From NCBI RefSeq assembly GCF_009914755.1, contig NC_060937.1: a stretch of DNA of 64,000 bases. One strand, written 5' to 3'. Position numbers and translations under genes: made by a program. How positions within the stretch are numbered: position 1 is the stretch's first letter; the number at the start of each line of letters is the position of its first letter. The notes under the pieces were generated by a model. It had not been told where the DNA came from and made no database searches. It saw only the letters and a list, made by a program, of their open reading frames with translations. This document shows positions 40,291 to 56,433 of this stretch, piece after piece. Source of the DNA: the human T2T-CHM13v2.0 reference genome, Homo sapiens.

Positions 40291-41108
40291 GCAATGTGAG
40301 AATCTTTGTTCTGGCTGGCTGTGTAAGCAATGAGCAAAGCTGCATCCCTGTGACCTGAGTTAGGGCCCAGGGTTGTGGCTGACAATGGCTGACTGGCATG
40401 TATGAGCAGCCCTATGAAGCCAGCATTGCTGTGTCCGTCCTTTCCAGGAATTAGGATTTGAAGATACCAAGTTTTTCTTAAGGGGTCAGTGCGGAATCAG
40501 ACGGAAAACCAAACTGTTTGAAGTGTTCTTAGAAAAGGGATTAGAAAACAGAGGGGAGGAAATTACCATGTAAATAATGCAGGAAATTTTCCCTGAAGTG
40601 AAGTGCATAAGAATTCTGATAAAAGGGCCTTTCAAGTGTACAGCAGCACAACAAAATGAAAAGACAACAAAGCTGCCAAGGTCCTGAAATTTTATCACAT
40701 TCATGAACAATGAAACATAACACATTTCCAGAGAGGAAAAAATAGGTCACACAGTATAGTTTAGGAATTAGAATGGCATCAGTCTTCTCAGGAATAACAC
40801 TGAAAGCTTGCAGACAATAGAAAAACATACCTCACTTCACATTATTTCTCCAAGAAAATAATTTCTGACTTTTATTTTTATACCCAACTCAGCTCTCAAT
40901 TAAGAATGAGGCACTTTCAAATCTCAAAAATTTACCTTTCACACATAATTTCTTAGGAAGCAACAAGATAATGTACTCTACCTAAATTAAGAAAAAACAA
41001 ACAAGAAAGAAATTTAGGAAATAGGGGCTCTAATCACAGGAGAAAAATGCAATCACCTGGTTGTTGGGGAGGATACATCCTTAGGAGTTCATAGAAACAG
41101 TAACGATT

Positions 41109-41388
41109 CCAGCCCAGGTGACATGGCGAAACCCTGTTTCTGCAAAAATTAGCCAGGCATGGTAGTATGCAACTGTAGTCCCAGCTACTCAGGAGGCTAG
41201 GGTGGGAGGATTGCTTGAGCCCAGAAGGTTGACCTGCAGTGAACCATGATCATGCCACTGTACTCCAGCCTTGGTGATAGAACAAGACTCTCTCTCAAGG
41301 AAAGAAGGAAAGAAAGAGAGAAGAAAAGGAGGGAAGGAGGGAGGGAGAGAGGAAGGAAGGAAGAGCGGAAGGAAGGAAGAAAGAAAGA
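41109..41388 (+). mobile_element. 5'-truncated AluJ with GA-rich degenerate tail
   Basis: GGGAGGATTGCTTGAGCCCAG (AluJ-type); (GGAA/GA)n tail at 41299-41388. Confidence 0.85.
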
Positions 41389-41831
41389 GTAATGATTACA
41401 GCAGCAAGACAAAGGACTGCAAGAAGGTTATAGGAGAAAGAAATTGAACCTGATGCATTTCATCACTTTGAGAGGGTATTTGTAGTTCAGGGGGAGATTT
41501 GGAAGAGGAATTAATGAAAACTAAACTAGAAAAGGCATATATACAAACAAATAACATGAGAAAAAGTTGTCTAAGAAAAAAATGGCATCATAGTAGATTA
41601 CATGGCTCAGCTCTAAACATTTTTATTGCCATGATAATGTAAGCCCTGAATACTATTTAAACACAAATTGTGATAACTGTTTTTGTGAGGATGGGTGAGA
41701 GGAAAGTGTGTGTGTATTGAGGCTGTTGTAGAAGAAGCAATTTCACATCATCCAATTTACAAATTTAATATACCATATCTAAATGTGAGGAAACATCCAG
41801 AAATTATAAGCATATTATGAAAATGGAGATA

Positions 41832-42125
<294 letters not shown>

Positions 42126-42211
42126 AAAATGGAGATAAAAGACAAAATAAAAGAATTGATTGAAAATCATTGTCCCTGGAAAGCAGGAATTGGAAAGGAA
42201 ACTTCTGGTTT

Positions 42212-42212
42212 T

Positions 42213-42255
<43 letters not shown>

Positions 42256-42285
42256 TTTTATTTATTTATTTTATTTATTATTATT
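42212..42285 (+). repeat. (TTTA)11 microsatellite plus degenerate extension, derived from the L1 poly(A) tail
   Basis: Perfect TTTA units at 42212-42255. Confidence 0.9.
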
Positions 42286-42488
42286 ATACTTTAAGTTTTA
42301 GGGTACATGTGCACAATGTGCAGGTTAGTTACATATGTATACATGTGCCATGCTGGTGCGCTGCACCCACTAACTCGTCATCTAACATTAGGTATATCTC
42401 CCAATGCTATCCCTCCCCCACTTCCCCCACCCCACAACAGTCCCCAGAGTGTGATGTTCCCCTTCCTGTGTCCATGTGTTCTCATTGT

Positions 42489-44510
<2,022 letters not shown>

Positions 44511-45394
44511 TAATACCTCCCAAATTCTCATTATCTAGCTTGTATTTGTCATGTTGCTTTAAATAATATCATCCACACAGAAACAACTTTAAAAAACTGA
44601 AAATAGAAAATGACGTCCTTCATTAGGCATGGCCGAGCTAGATGAACAGATTCTAACGATATCTTAGATCTCTGTTGCACCCCTGTTTTGAAGACACTGA
44701 GGAATGGAGATGAACATTCAGGTAAGTAGCACATATAGCTTTGGAGTCTAAAGCCTTTTCTAATGGATAAATGCTTCTCATTAGATCATCCCAAGACAAA
44801 GAATTGATCTCATCATTGAACAAATGTTTTCAATTTGATTCAGTGCACCTGGGAAATAACATTTCTATTTGCTGCCAAAATATGATTGCATTAAACCTTA
44901 ATAATGTACCTGTCATGGGGGTTAGACAAGAATATTTTAATTGAGTGTCAACGACACCACTGGAATACCCTTATAGATTTACTTTTTCAAAAAGCTAGAA
45001 ACATTGATGAACTCTTAGTTGTCTGCTATTAGTTTTGTATAGCCACTGATTAGTATTGCCCCCCCTTCTACAGATACAAGGCATCACTAGACTTCTCCTT
45101 GGTAACCAGATTTTTTTTTGTCCTTCAGCACTAGTTCCTGGAAGTGTCATTATGATGTCTGCAATTTGCAGAATTCAGTGGCAGCTCCAGTTAAATAAAC
45201 AAAATCTAATTATGTCAAAACTGGGCTATGCTCAAATTACTATGATTGATTTTCTTTCTGTAAAATCTGTGAACACCTGCAAAAATGGTAAATGTCAAGG
45301 TGTTTCTTAGAAAACTTTAAAAAATTTTAAAAGAATTGGTGAGGGAAATGTAGATTGAGTTGCTGTATAGTCTATACATTTGATCTTTTTAATC

Positions 45395-45535
45395 TAGGTC
45401 CTTGTGTTTTGGATGTATGAACCCCTGCAATTTTATGCAAAATGACACGAGTGTGCGTTTTGCAAAAAGATTGTCTTTAACTATCATTAGATTTTAAAAG
45501 AGGTTTATAACCCACCAAAACACAAATAACCATTG
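45395..45535. mobile_element. hAT-Charlie MITE remnant
   Basis: ATGAACCCCTGCAATTTTATGCAAAAT...CATTAGATTTTAAAAGAGG...AACCATTG resembles short Charlie-type MERs; subfamily uncertain. Confidence 0.45.
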
Positions 45536-46734
45536 CTTTATAGAAAGAAATGGAGTCCCTGTAGAATCCTTTAATTAGGTACTTCTTAGTGGAAATAAAA
45601 ATATTTTTGTAATAGGTGCTAGTAAATATCTGAGAGATAGAAAGTATTAAATTTGCCTTCCACTATTACTATTCAATTCCTTTTCTATTTCTGGAACCAT
45701 GAATATCAAAGTTCATCTAAGACAAATTTCATCTCCCCTCCTACTCTACCCCCAATTTTTTATTCTAGTTTTGGAGGATTCATATGAGATTATCAACAGA
45801 CAATACTTTTTGTCATGGCTTCCTAATTGAATGTTTTACTTCTCTTTCTGGATTACATACTGAAAATATTTATTAGAATAGTGAAAATCTCAAGCATTTA
45901 TATTACTTAGTGATGACAGTGGAGTGACCCATTCACATTTGTCTTGGTTTCTTTCATTGATCAGAAGCAGACTTTGTGCCATCTTTGCTGGAGCTCTCAC
46001 AAGACATTTCCGTGAAGCAATTATAGAGCAAGTAGAGCCTCAACTCAATGATAGGTGTGTGGCCTGGCTTTATGGACTTTCTTTAAAAGAATTTTATTTA
46101 CTTAGATTTATAGCCAAGATATTTTATTGCTGCTAAATTTAATCTCTAGCAACCTAGACACATCCCATAAAACCTCTAGGAAGAAAATTTAATGGATTAT
46201 TACAGTTAATTAACATTTTTCTTTCATATTTTAAAGTTCAACTATGCTATATTTTATATTAATAAGAAACACAACACATACTCTCAGAAGCTTAATAATC
46301 TACTGAGAAAAATCTACAGAGTTTAAAGAGAAATAATACATAGGGTCAAGTCAAGTTTTCAGAGTCAGTAAAAGAGATGAGTCACCACATTGTGAAACTT
46401 TCTCAGTTTTCTACATCCAGAAATTAAATTTTGAAGTGCATTTAGCCTTATTTGTTTCTTAGATATCAACTCATGCTAACCAAATTAATGAAACACTAAG
46501 GAATAGATCAGACACAAATGTATGTGTTTCCAGGAAGCTGAATATATTAATGTTGGTTATATTTGTGTCTTCTACTTTTAATACTTCCTGGAATCTAGAT
46601 ACTTGGAAACAAAAACCATTAATAGTTAGTTGATAGCTAACATAGAGTTGTAACAGAAAACTGGCTATGGGGAAATTCCTAATGAATGATCTCAACTTTA
46701 CCATAGTACAGCTCTCCAGAGATGAAGATTTTAT

Positions 46735-46955
46735 GACTGCATGGTGGCTTAGCCCAGATTGCCTACATGTGTGAATTGGCTCTGCCACTTTCCAGCAGTG
46801 AAACTTTGGATAGATATTTACCTTTTCCAAGTCTCCTTTGCCTCAACTATCAGTAGGGGAAATAATAGTATCTACCTCATAGGTTGTTAATATGTTTGAA
46901 ATAAGAGAATGAGTGTAGCATACTTTGTGTTGTGTTGGTACGTAGTTAATGAATT
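46735..46955 (+). mobile_element. MIR
   Basis: GGCTCTGCCACTT...AATAATAGTATCTACCTCATAGGTTGTT. Confidence 0.7.
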
Positions 46956-47059
46956 GTATCCATCGACCACTCCATTTCCCCTTCTCTTACATTTATTCTT
47001 TGTCTTTCTTCTCTTCATTCTTAATCAAGTACATCCATTTTTTCCTTGAAAAACAAGAA

Positions 47060-47460
47060 ATAATCATGTATCTTGAGAAATATTTAGCCTTGTTTTATGT
47101 GTATGGCTTGAAAGTTTTACATAAATGACATTGTGTTCTAGATCTCATTCTGTTTCATGTATTTTTCATGCTACTATATGAGAATTTAATTCCTTACCTC
47201 CAAATGCTACATAGTATTCTGCCATGTGTATAATTTATGCATCTCTTCACTTGGTGATGGACACATGTGGCTTCCAACTTTTTACTGTTCTCCAAACAAC
47301 TCTGTGAAAAAGAAACATGTGCACAGTTCCTTGTGAATCTGTACTAGCTTTTCCCTGGGGTCTGCTTCCAGGGACAAAATTGCTGGATCATAATGCACAC
47401 ACTTACATATGGTGGACCTGGAAGGACAGGACATACTTTTACATACTTTCCCAGTATAAT
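47060..47460 (-). mobile_element. Old L1 (L1M) 3' fragment
   Basis: TGCTACATAGTATTC, TGATGGACAC, AATTGCTGGATCATA. Confidence 0.65.
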
Positions 47461-48070
47461 AGTGAAAGGAATAGGATGAGAAATGGAAGATGAATAGAAA
47501 AGTATTATAACAAATCAAGGACTGTCCTCAGATTGATGCTAATAGCATGACTTTGGCTAATGAGTATGATCAACCTGTGTTATGTACTTAAAATCCTTAA
47601 AAATGAAATTAAAAAGAGCATGGCTTAATGCATTACCAACATAAATCCCATACCCACTACAATGGCTTAGTAGCCCCATCTGCGCTCCATAGCCAGTATG
47701 CCAGCCTCCTACTATCCTACCAAGATGCTGCAGAAAATCATTAGGTGGCGTTTGTGAAGCCCTCAAAACTCCTGAGACTCAGACATAGACAGTGAAAAGC
47801 TATTATTCTGCTTTGCTAGTCTATGAAATTTTAACTACAGATCTCTTTGTTAATCAGCCCTGGAGATTGCTGTGACTTAAAAGGTCTCCAGGCCTGACCA
47901 TTGCTGACTTCCAATTAGCCAGTAAAGTTATCTTATAAGGGGACTGTTTTGACATCTTTGACCATTTCATCCAATCAAAGAACAAAAGGTGTTACACTGA
48001 GGAAGTGTAATGTCACTATGTTAATACACTATATGATCACATATGTTAGCAAGAGGTATGGAATCGGGAG

Positions 48071-48084
48071 TGTTGACGTCAGCA
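48071..48084. promoter_or_regulatory. Full CRE within a near-perfect C-MARE
   Basis: TGTTGACGTCAGCA versus consensus TGCTGACGTCAGCA (13/14). Confidence 0.35.
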
Positions 48085-49090
48085 GTGCAGAAAGAAGTGT
48101 CAAGCCAGGAGTCAGTATTAGTTTAAATTTCCTGTCATAAATAGATACGACTTTTCTTTTTTGAATAAAGAAGAGAAAAATCATTCAAGTAACAGTTTTG
48201 CCTAGACAAAGTATTGAAATAACTAAACCTTTCATTTTCAACACCACTTTTTGGTTTTTCATAGGCCCAACACTAAATGACGAGGTAACGATTTCTTCAG
48301 GAACTGAGGAGAGACAGGCCTGGAAAAGTTGCAATGATTTTCTTCCCAACTATTAAGAAGAGAAATAATGTGAAAGAGGAATCTTTTCTGAGACATGTTC
48401 ACAAGCAGGTCGGACCTTTCATTCAGAACAAGATTATTTTAATTTTTAATGGTTTAAGATATAATTGATTCATTCCTTAAATTAGTTCATCTTGCTCAAG
48501 CCATTATAATATTAATTCACTGTTATTTTTGGTAATACAGATCATTTATTTAGAAGCCAGGAATATACAAGGGAAGGGCATATTCAGAAGTAACTAACAC
48601 CACTACAAGTTTAGGACCTTTCCATTTTATTGAATTGGGTTTTATTTAAATTTGTATCTCTTTTTTTGTCATTCTTGTGTCTAATATGTTTTCATTCCTT
48701 AAATCTGCTCTGTATGTGTTCTTTTCACAATATTTAAACATACAAATTTTATCTTAAATTTTACACCAAACAGAAATTATCTCAATGTATTATAGAGGAA
48801 ATTTAAAACATAGGTTGCAAAGGATTAATTTTATGTGCAAATACCATTCCTATTCAGTTATCTTTATACAAGAAAAACAGTTCTTCATTTGTAAATGCCT
48901 TATGAGAGTTGACTATAAACATATCAGAGCTGAAGGAGGGGGTTTAGCACAATAATTTATGATTAAACGCCATCTTTTAATCCAGCTGTGGGGAGTTGCC
49001 TGTAAAACTGCCCTTTTCACTCTAAAATTCTCTCTAATCATTTGTATACTCACTGATTTACATAGCTGGAAGATTTGCCTCCTGAAATAG

Positions 49091-49356
<266 letters not shown>

Positions 49357-52298
49357 GGACTTCTTAAATTGCAATCATTTTAAAGGGATGTTTGACACAT
49401 CATGTAGCGGCAATCCTTTTAGCTAGAGGTAACTGCTGATATAAAACTATCAAAACTCATATGCACCTCTGTTCTGTTAAGTGTTGACATACTGGACACT
49501 GTGTATCTATAGTATAGCCTCATTTTCCAAATCTAATCTAGCCTAAACAGTTTGGTGGGGCAAGAAAAGCAAGTTGTAAAATAATCTCTTTGTCATAACC
49601 CTCAAGTCATATCTTCTGGACTTGAAAGGTATGCTGGATGTCCTATGTGTTGGTGCCTCATGCTGCTCAGCAGGAAATCTGAACTGTTCTCACCTCTCTG
49701 GTCCTTCTGTCTCACCAGGAGATACACCCAAGAACATTCTCCACATTGTCTTAATTCCCCTGCCTTCTGCCTTGGGTCACTCAACCCAAATAGAAGAGAC
49801 TGCACTGTTCATATTAGGGATGCCTTAATCCTATAGTTCAAAGATTGAAATTTGACACAAAAATCTACTTTTTCTAGCTCTAACAGTTCTGGTGAATATT
49901 AAAAGGAGGAAGTCTTTTGTTAAAAAAAAAATAGCCTTCAATTCAGTAGCATCGTCTTTATAAGCAGAGGATGCACAATCACCCACTTGCTGGTCACAGC
50001 TCTGCTTTAGGTCATCTGAAGTCGATTACTGCATCCTTGGAGGATGGTGTGAAATGCCAGTGAAATCGTGAGCTAATTCAATGACATGCCCATTGTTCCA
50101 CTCATTTAGGCAAACGCTTTTTCTGAACAGGGAAGATTCTCGCATATTCCTTACATACTAAATTAACTCAAAAAACTTAAGAATGATACCCCACTGCTGC
50201 TTGTCTCTAGTTTTCAGCTTTCATCCTGGCGGGCAAGACCCCCAGCATCTTCTCAGTCATAAATTACTTGTGAGCATTCAGAAAGGCCTAAGTTAACTAT
50301 CGTCGGGTTACACAGGTTTGGAAGCTTGAGCACATTCTACGGCATTTGTGGTATGGCCTCTGTAGATTTGATATCCTTAATCATAGATAGCAGATGGAGC
50401 TGTGAGACAATGACCTTCCAGGGTCCCTTCCCCAAATAGACTTAATGCTACTACACTTCAAAAGCAATCACTGTCCATACGCTCCAGGTCACCGTGCAGT
50501 ACTGGCCAGGGGCCCGGGCTACCAGAAAGACACTAGCTAGAGTTGAATGCTTAATCTCCCTGCTCCCAAGTACAGACAAGAGGAGAGAGAGAGGCTCATG
50601 GCTTTCTAGAGTTTTATGTGCTTAAGCGCTGATAGGAGCTACCTTTTGCTGCATGTTGGTCACTCTGGAATATAAGACACCTGGGACAGCAGCTAATGTG
50701 GCTAAGGAACAGTCAGGCCAGATTTGTTGTTATTTATTTAGCAGAACACAGAATCCAAGAATCCTCATGAATGCCACTCAAAAGCATGACTCAGGCAAAG
50801 GGAACAGACAATAAAAGGAATGACTTCACATTTCACAGCAAGAATTCTCTGGCCTCGGAGAACACTAGATACCTCTGGACCACACATCCCTTTGGCAAAA
50901 TACTTTTCTCATCTACAGATCACTGTATGGCTTGGTTTACCTGAAGCCTCTTATGGTTTCTCCACCTAATAACCCTCATGATATTTTTCTAGAAAAGCAG
51001 CATAGATGGAGATGGAATGTAACACCTGAAATAAAAGGATTTTGCAGGAAATAATGTAAATCAAGCCTTTTGCCCTTAATGACCCATAATAAAATGCTCT
51101 TGCTACCAAGCTCTGCAGGCAACCCAGTGCAGGTTGCCATGGAAATGCCCAGCTGCTCCTCTGCGCAGTTGCTTAATGATCAGTGTGATGCCAGGCTCTT
51201 GAGAGAAGCACAGGCTCAGACAACTCTTTACAGCCACAGGGACAGTCCACTCAGGACTGCAGTTACGTCTGAGTCGGAGCCCCTGTGTCCAGGTATAATT
51301 AAAATGCACTCAGACCTATGACTGGAAATGCTTTCAGCAGAAAATTAGGTCACCTTTTTAATTTCTCCATTCATTTTCATTTCTCCACATGACTGCCCAG
51401 TCAGAAGCAAGACAGAAACAGGGCGGCCATGGCACGTTGCTGCAGATGCCGCTTCACCAACCTGTGACCTGGCTCCCGCTCTACACAGGTGGGATATGCA
51501 GGTGCTCTGCCTTGACCCATGCCATAAAACGTCACCTTTTTGTCCCCTCTTCCCATGTTCCCTGCACCTACCTTTCACAGTGACTGGACCCGAAATTCTC
51601 ACTATTACTCATTGCTTGATTTAGATAACAAAGGCAAGAGCTTTTGCCCAGAATATTATTTTCAAAATGTATTTATTTTCTGGGAAGAAAAGACAAGCCT
51701 TGGGGAATCTCTTCCTGTCTTTCCCCCCTTTTATTCTTTTCTCCCTTCCTCTCTTTCATTCTCTCTCAAAAGGGTTTATTAGGTGCCTATTATCTGCAGG
51801 TAATTACCAGAAACACAAGAATGAATGAAGCTTGATCACTGTCCTCTAGGAGCTGACAGGTTATTAGATGGGGATAGGCATGTAAACAAATGCATGAGCT
51901 AAAGAGACAAAGGTGTGTACAGGGCACACGTGGAAAAATCCTACCCGAGGGAGAGCTGGAAAGGCTTTTTCGGGGGTGGGGGATGGGAGGTGAGGTAGAG
52001 ATGCTTCTTGGGCAAACTCTTGGGAAGAAATTAATGGGATTGTGGGACTAGTGAAAGGAAGGGAAGAGGGACACTGTGAGTAAAGACTGAAGGCACAAAA
52101 TAATCTTGTATGCTTGATAAATTGCAAGTAGTTGAGAATGGCTGGAGCTTTGGCCAGGAGAGCAGTCTAGGGAGAAATACATCAGAGGTAGGCAGGAGTG
52201 AGAATCGAATGAAGAAGTTTGACTTTATTTTACAGGCCAGTAGGAGCCACTTAAGGGTTTTCAGGAGGGAAGACAGAGAATTAGAATTGCCATTTAGG

Positions 52299-52302
<4 letters not shown>

Positions 52303-52330
<28 letters not shown>
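52303..52330 (+). repeat. T28 homopolymer
   Basis: 28 consecutive T. Confidence 0.95.
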
Positions 52331-52399
52331 GGCAACGAAGAGCATGTACTGAGGAAGTAGGAGACACGGAGTAATTAGAAGTTAGTGAGAGAGCGTGAC

Positions 52400-53100
52400 T
52401 GTACAGAATAGCTATTGTTTTTTTGTCTAGCATCTGTTCCTTTGGAAGAGAGTCACCTGTCTCTCATTGCCTGGCCCACTCACACAAGGGTGGACAAATG
52501 ACCCAAACTCAACCCATTACAGTACCCATCCCTGGTTCAGGTGGGCACATAATCCAAGCAGTATTCATCAAGCTTCTTTACTGAAAATTCACATACGCAC
52601 GCCCAGACATAGAATTTCTTCTTCTTCTTCTTCCTCTTCTTCTTCTTCTTCCTCCTCTTCCTCTTCCTCCCCTTCCCCTTCCCTTTCCCCTTCCCCTTCT
52701 CCTTCCCCTTCCCCTTCCCCTTCTCCTTCTCCTTCTCCTTCTCCTTCTCCTTCTCCTTCTCCTTCTCCTTCTTCTTCTCCTTCTCCTCCTTCTCCTCCTT
52801 CTTCTTCTTCTTCATAAAAGGATGTAGCTTTGCGGCTTCCAGAGGCCATCTTTCCTGGTACATGGAGAACACCTGATCAATTAAGCCAATACTTACAGGA
52901 AAATGAACAAGAAGAAGGGGAAACAGAGCTGTATTAATATTGCTTGAGCCTCTAACAGTCTAGAGCCTACATCCCCCTGTGTCTGAAACCAGTTTACCGA
53001 TGGACTTTAGAGTTATACATGCCAATAAGTTTATTTTTGCTTGAGCAAGCTTGAGTTAGTTTTTAGTCACTTGGGACTGAATGATTCCTGATTATGAAAC
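52400..53100 (+). mobile_element. Old MaLR LTR (MLT1K/L-like)
   Basis: GGCCATCTT, GGACTTT...ACATGCCAATAAG...GCTTGAGCAAGCTTGAGTTAGTTTTTAGTCACTTG resemble MLT1K/L 3' end. Confidence 0.55.
52615..52813 (+). repeat. 199-bp pure polypyrimidine compound microsatellite (CTT/CCT/CCTTCC/CCTTCT)
   Basis: No purine on the + strand across the whole tract. Confidence 0.95.
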
Positions 53101-53499
53101 CAGGTAAAAATGACGGCAACCTGAGCCAAGGTTGTAGGGGACGGAGAGGATGGTTTAGGCAAAGTTAAGGAAACCACCCAGGAATTGGAGAGAGAGAGGC
53201 TATGGAGTGGAAGGGGAAAAAAATCAACCAAAATGATGCCCAGATCCTTTGTTTCAGTGAATAACAATGCCACCTTATAAGATGTTGAATATAAGAAGAG
53301 AAACAATTATTTTGGGAAAGAGATACACGTTTTAATTTATTGGGTTTTATATATTTGAGGGATGTCCAGTTGAAATTTTCAAGTAAACAATTAAGATTTT
53401 CTATAACCCACTCCCTGAAATACGTGCAACTTATAAAACCACATGATGGTAAGCATCTTAAAAGTCTTCCCATCATATTACTCACTTGATACTTTAATT

Positions 53500-54075
53500 C
53501 CTTCTGTTGAACATTTATTAAGTGCCTGCTGGGATCATGTACAGCGCTAGGAGGAAAGTCACAATATGTTTTCACAGCTTGAGTTCTCCTGAGGTTCACA
53601 GTCTAGCTGGGGAGACAGACATGACACCTCCATAGGCTGAGTGAGAAGAGCTACTAGTGGCACCTACAAAGTACTGAAGACACACAGAGGTTGAACCTTC
53701 CAGCTGTGGGCCAACAACTCCTGATCAAAAAGGTTGTGCAGTTTCTGGTTTGGTAAGTAGATTGGACAATATATCTTCTTCTGGAGTAGCCTTGATTTCC
53801 TTTGGGATAACTAGATTTATAGGCAGTTTTATTGTATGTTGAGTCAATTCTGTCTCCCACTGGCTTCACATGACATGGTTTTTGGTGGTTTTTAAAGTAG
53901 GTTTTATCAGTATATAAAGTTATCTTATCAACTTTGTATTTGTCTTTTGTTTAGCCATTAAGTAGTCATCCTCATGTGAACAGGGACCTTGTCTGTTGTA
54001 GCCATCATTTATCCCCAGCACCAAAATTAGTGACTGAAACAAAGTAGGCACTCAATAAACATTTGCTGGTGAGTA
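53500..54075. mobile_element. Two L2 3'-end fragments (minus about 53500-53640; plus about 53950-54075)
   Basis: AACATTTATTAAGTGCCT...TCACAGTCTAGCTGGGGAGACAGACA; CAGGGACCTTGTCTG...GTAGGCACTCAATAAACATTTG. Confidence 0.7.
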
Positions 54076-54199
54076 GCTTCTAGTGTCTAGTCCATCATCA
54101 TCTTAGTAGATCTTTTGGGAAGGCATTAGTTTGTCTGTGACCCGACTAATGTGCAGTGTCCACTGGAGAATACGACACTCTGAGATCACTAGAAACATC

Positions 54200-54960
54200 A
54201 CAAAATATAAAGGAGTGGTTGCCAATTTGCTCTGGTTTCATATATCTATATTATGCAGTCCAAGATTGCACTGGTCTTTTGGGGAGCTATGTCACATTGT
54301 CACCCTCTATCGGTCATCTCAAACCATTAAGTTTTTTTTCATGAAACAGTTGCTAACACCATAGCTTCCTATTCTGGAAGAGGATTCTTCTTCTGTTGCT
54401 GGATTCTTACATTTTTTGATCTTGAATTTAGAATACCACATACATCTCTGAGAAATTTAGCCTAAAAAATGCCTGCCTGGCTTTTGCTTGTGATTCTGTT
54501 GTCCAATCTTTAGTTCTTCCTGCTTTCTAGCATTGGCATAATTAAAGAGCCTGTAGCCTCCCAAAGGTCAGGCTTTCTGCGTTGCCTGTGCTCCCAGCAC
54601 ATGGACTGTCATCAAGAGCATCCTCAGTTGAATGTTTATTGGGCAAATTTCTAAAGGCATGCCTTTTATATTTCTTTCAAGTTATTAATTAAAATGTGAA
54701 AAAAGAACAGAATGGTTTAGCTTTCTACTGGAAATGTCCCTCTTTTGGTATCTATCTATCTATCCCAAATCCAGCACATTTGGGTTCAGTTCATTTTTTT
54801 CTCCTTCATCTTTCAGGAAATTTTGCTATCATCTAGATACACTGCATTTATACTACAGTACCAATTTCAATGAAAGAAATGAGTTTAGACTGACATAACC
54901 TAATATTAAGAAACCCATACAGGCTCCAGGTGATCACCAGTTACTCTTCCATGGCCCCCA
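54200..54960 (-). mobile_element. L3/CR1 relic
   Basis: GAAATGAGTTTAGACTGACATAAC...AACCCATACAGGCTCCAGGTGATCACC resembles recalled L3 antisense. Confidence 0.55.
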
Positions 54961-56433
54961 AACCCACCACTTACGGGCAGATGTTACATGATCTCCCTGG
55001 TGGACACTCTGGTAGGGAAAGAATTTGTAGGAATCAATTGTGAAATTGCATTGACCTTTCTTTCACATTGCCACAGCAGTCAAGGATGTGTGTGGGGAAG
55101 TTGAAATAAAGAAGCAGCTACAGAAAAAAAAAAGAAAGAAAACAAAAACCTTAGAGGATGTATTTTTAAAGGATGTAATTTATGTGTCTATTTTGGGGGT
55201 ACATAAATTCTCATCTTGTTTAGAAAAGCATCACATATCCAGTGCATATCCAAAATATGCACATTGATTATTTATAATGGGCAATGTTCAAGATGGAGCC
55301 TTCCTCCCCTCTTTAAGCCAAAGGGTTATTTGGGCCAAGAGGGTGCTGAGTGGAGGAAGCAGGAAGTCAGGGTGGGAGTTCACTATGCTCCATAACCCCT
55401 TTGAGAGCCCCATCGAGTTAAGAAAGCATTGGTTACATCAGCACTGCTTTTTTCTCTATTTATGTCACGGGTAGTGATTCTGGAACACTGTGAAGGGCCT
55501 TCCTTAGATTTCAATGCCCTTTTAAAACCAAAGAGCAGGTGGCAATGGACCAAGCCAATAGCCACTTTCAATACAAAACAGCATGGTCCTTTGGTCTTGA
55601 GTGCCTTCAGCCAGAATCCATCAGCATAAAGAGCCACATTTCCATGAAATATACAGGATATTTAATAGCAATCAATGTATTTCCTACATGATTTATGGCT
55701 GCCCCTTTTCTATGGATTTTGGCAAGAAGATGGGAATTCAGATGTGGCTATGTATGGGGCAATTCAACAGGCTTGGAACATCATTTTGTTGAAGTTAATT
55801 TGAGGAGGCTGTCACTTGCCTCAAATCTGTGGCAGTTAGGATGTTTGTTATTACATCTCTTCTCTCCATACTCTGTAAACTATAATAAATTTGATTAAAG
55901 TGCAGATACCTCATGGAGATGTTATTTTTGCTCATAAAGAGTCTTTCTGACACTCTTAAATGGCCTTAAAAATGAACCTAAAATGTCATTTTGGGGATTT
56001 GTAAGGCATTAGAGAGTTGCATCCATCTCTTTCTCCTTCCCTTCTTTCTTTCTCTTTAGAAGTGCTTAGAAAAGCATAGCATCTTGGGGTCAGAATATCA
56101 TTATAAAGCAAATTACTGCTAAAATGACCTAAATGCCAACCTCATAGTCTTAAGGAGTCCTTTCCTTACACTGTGTGTTGAACTGATTGCTTGAAAATAA
56201 CTAAATCGTCCGGGAGCTTTCAATCATGTAATGCCTCATAGTTCTTCTGGGGACAGAGACTGAATGTGGCTACTTTGCAGAGCATGACGTTTAATGATGC
56301 CAAGTGTCTTGATGAGTACTGTTTGATGAATAATAATAATAAATAATAATAATACCCCACAAGCATTCGCTGACTGATGCATTTAAGGACTCTGAAGAAA
56401 CTCCTGATGCATCAATTTCACTGCTTCTCTATT

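Larger units (their letters stand above)
51755..53400 (-). mobile_element. L2 split by an MLT1 LTR (about 51755-52400 and 53100-53400)
   Basis: TTTATTAGGTGCCTATTAT L2 3' end; GGAGCCACTTAAGGGTTTT; resumes with AACCTGAGCCAAGG. Confidence 0.65.

Noticed and set aside
47738-47752. TCATTAGGTGGCG as a CTCF site
   Set aside because: Mismatches at conserved core C positions; weak
52467-52872. ORFs with EG, SP and EK repeats resembling RPGR ORF15 or extensins
   Set aside because: Fully explained by the polypyrimidine microsatellite inside an LTR relic; no flanking domain homology
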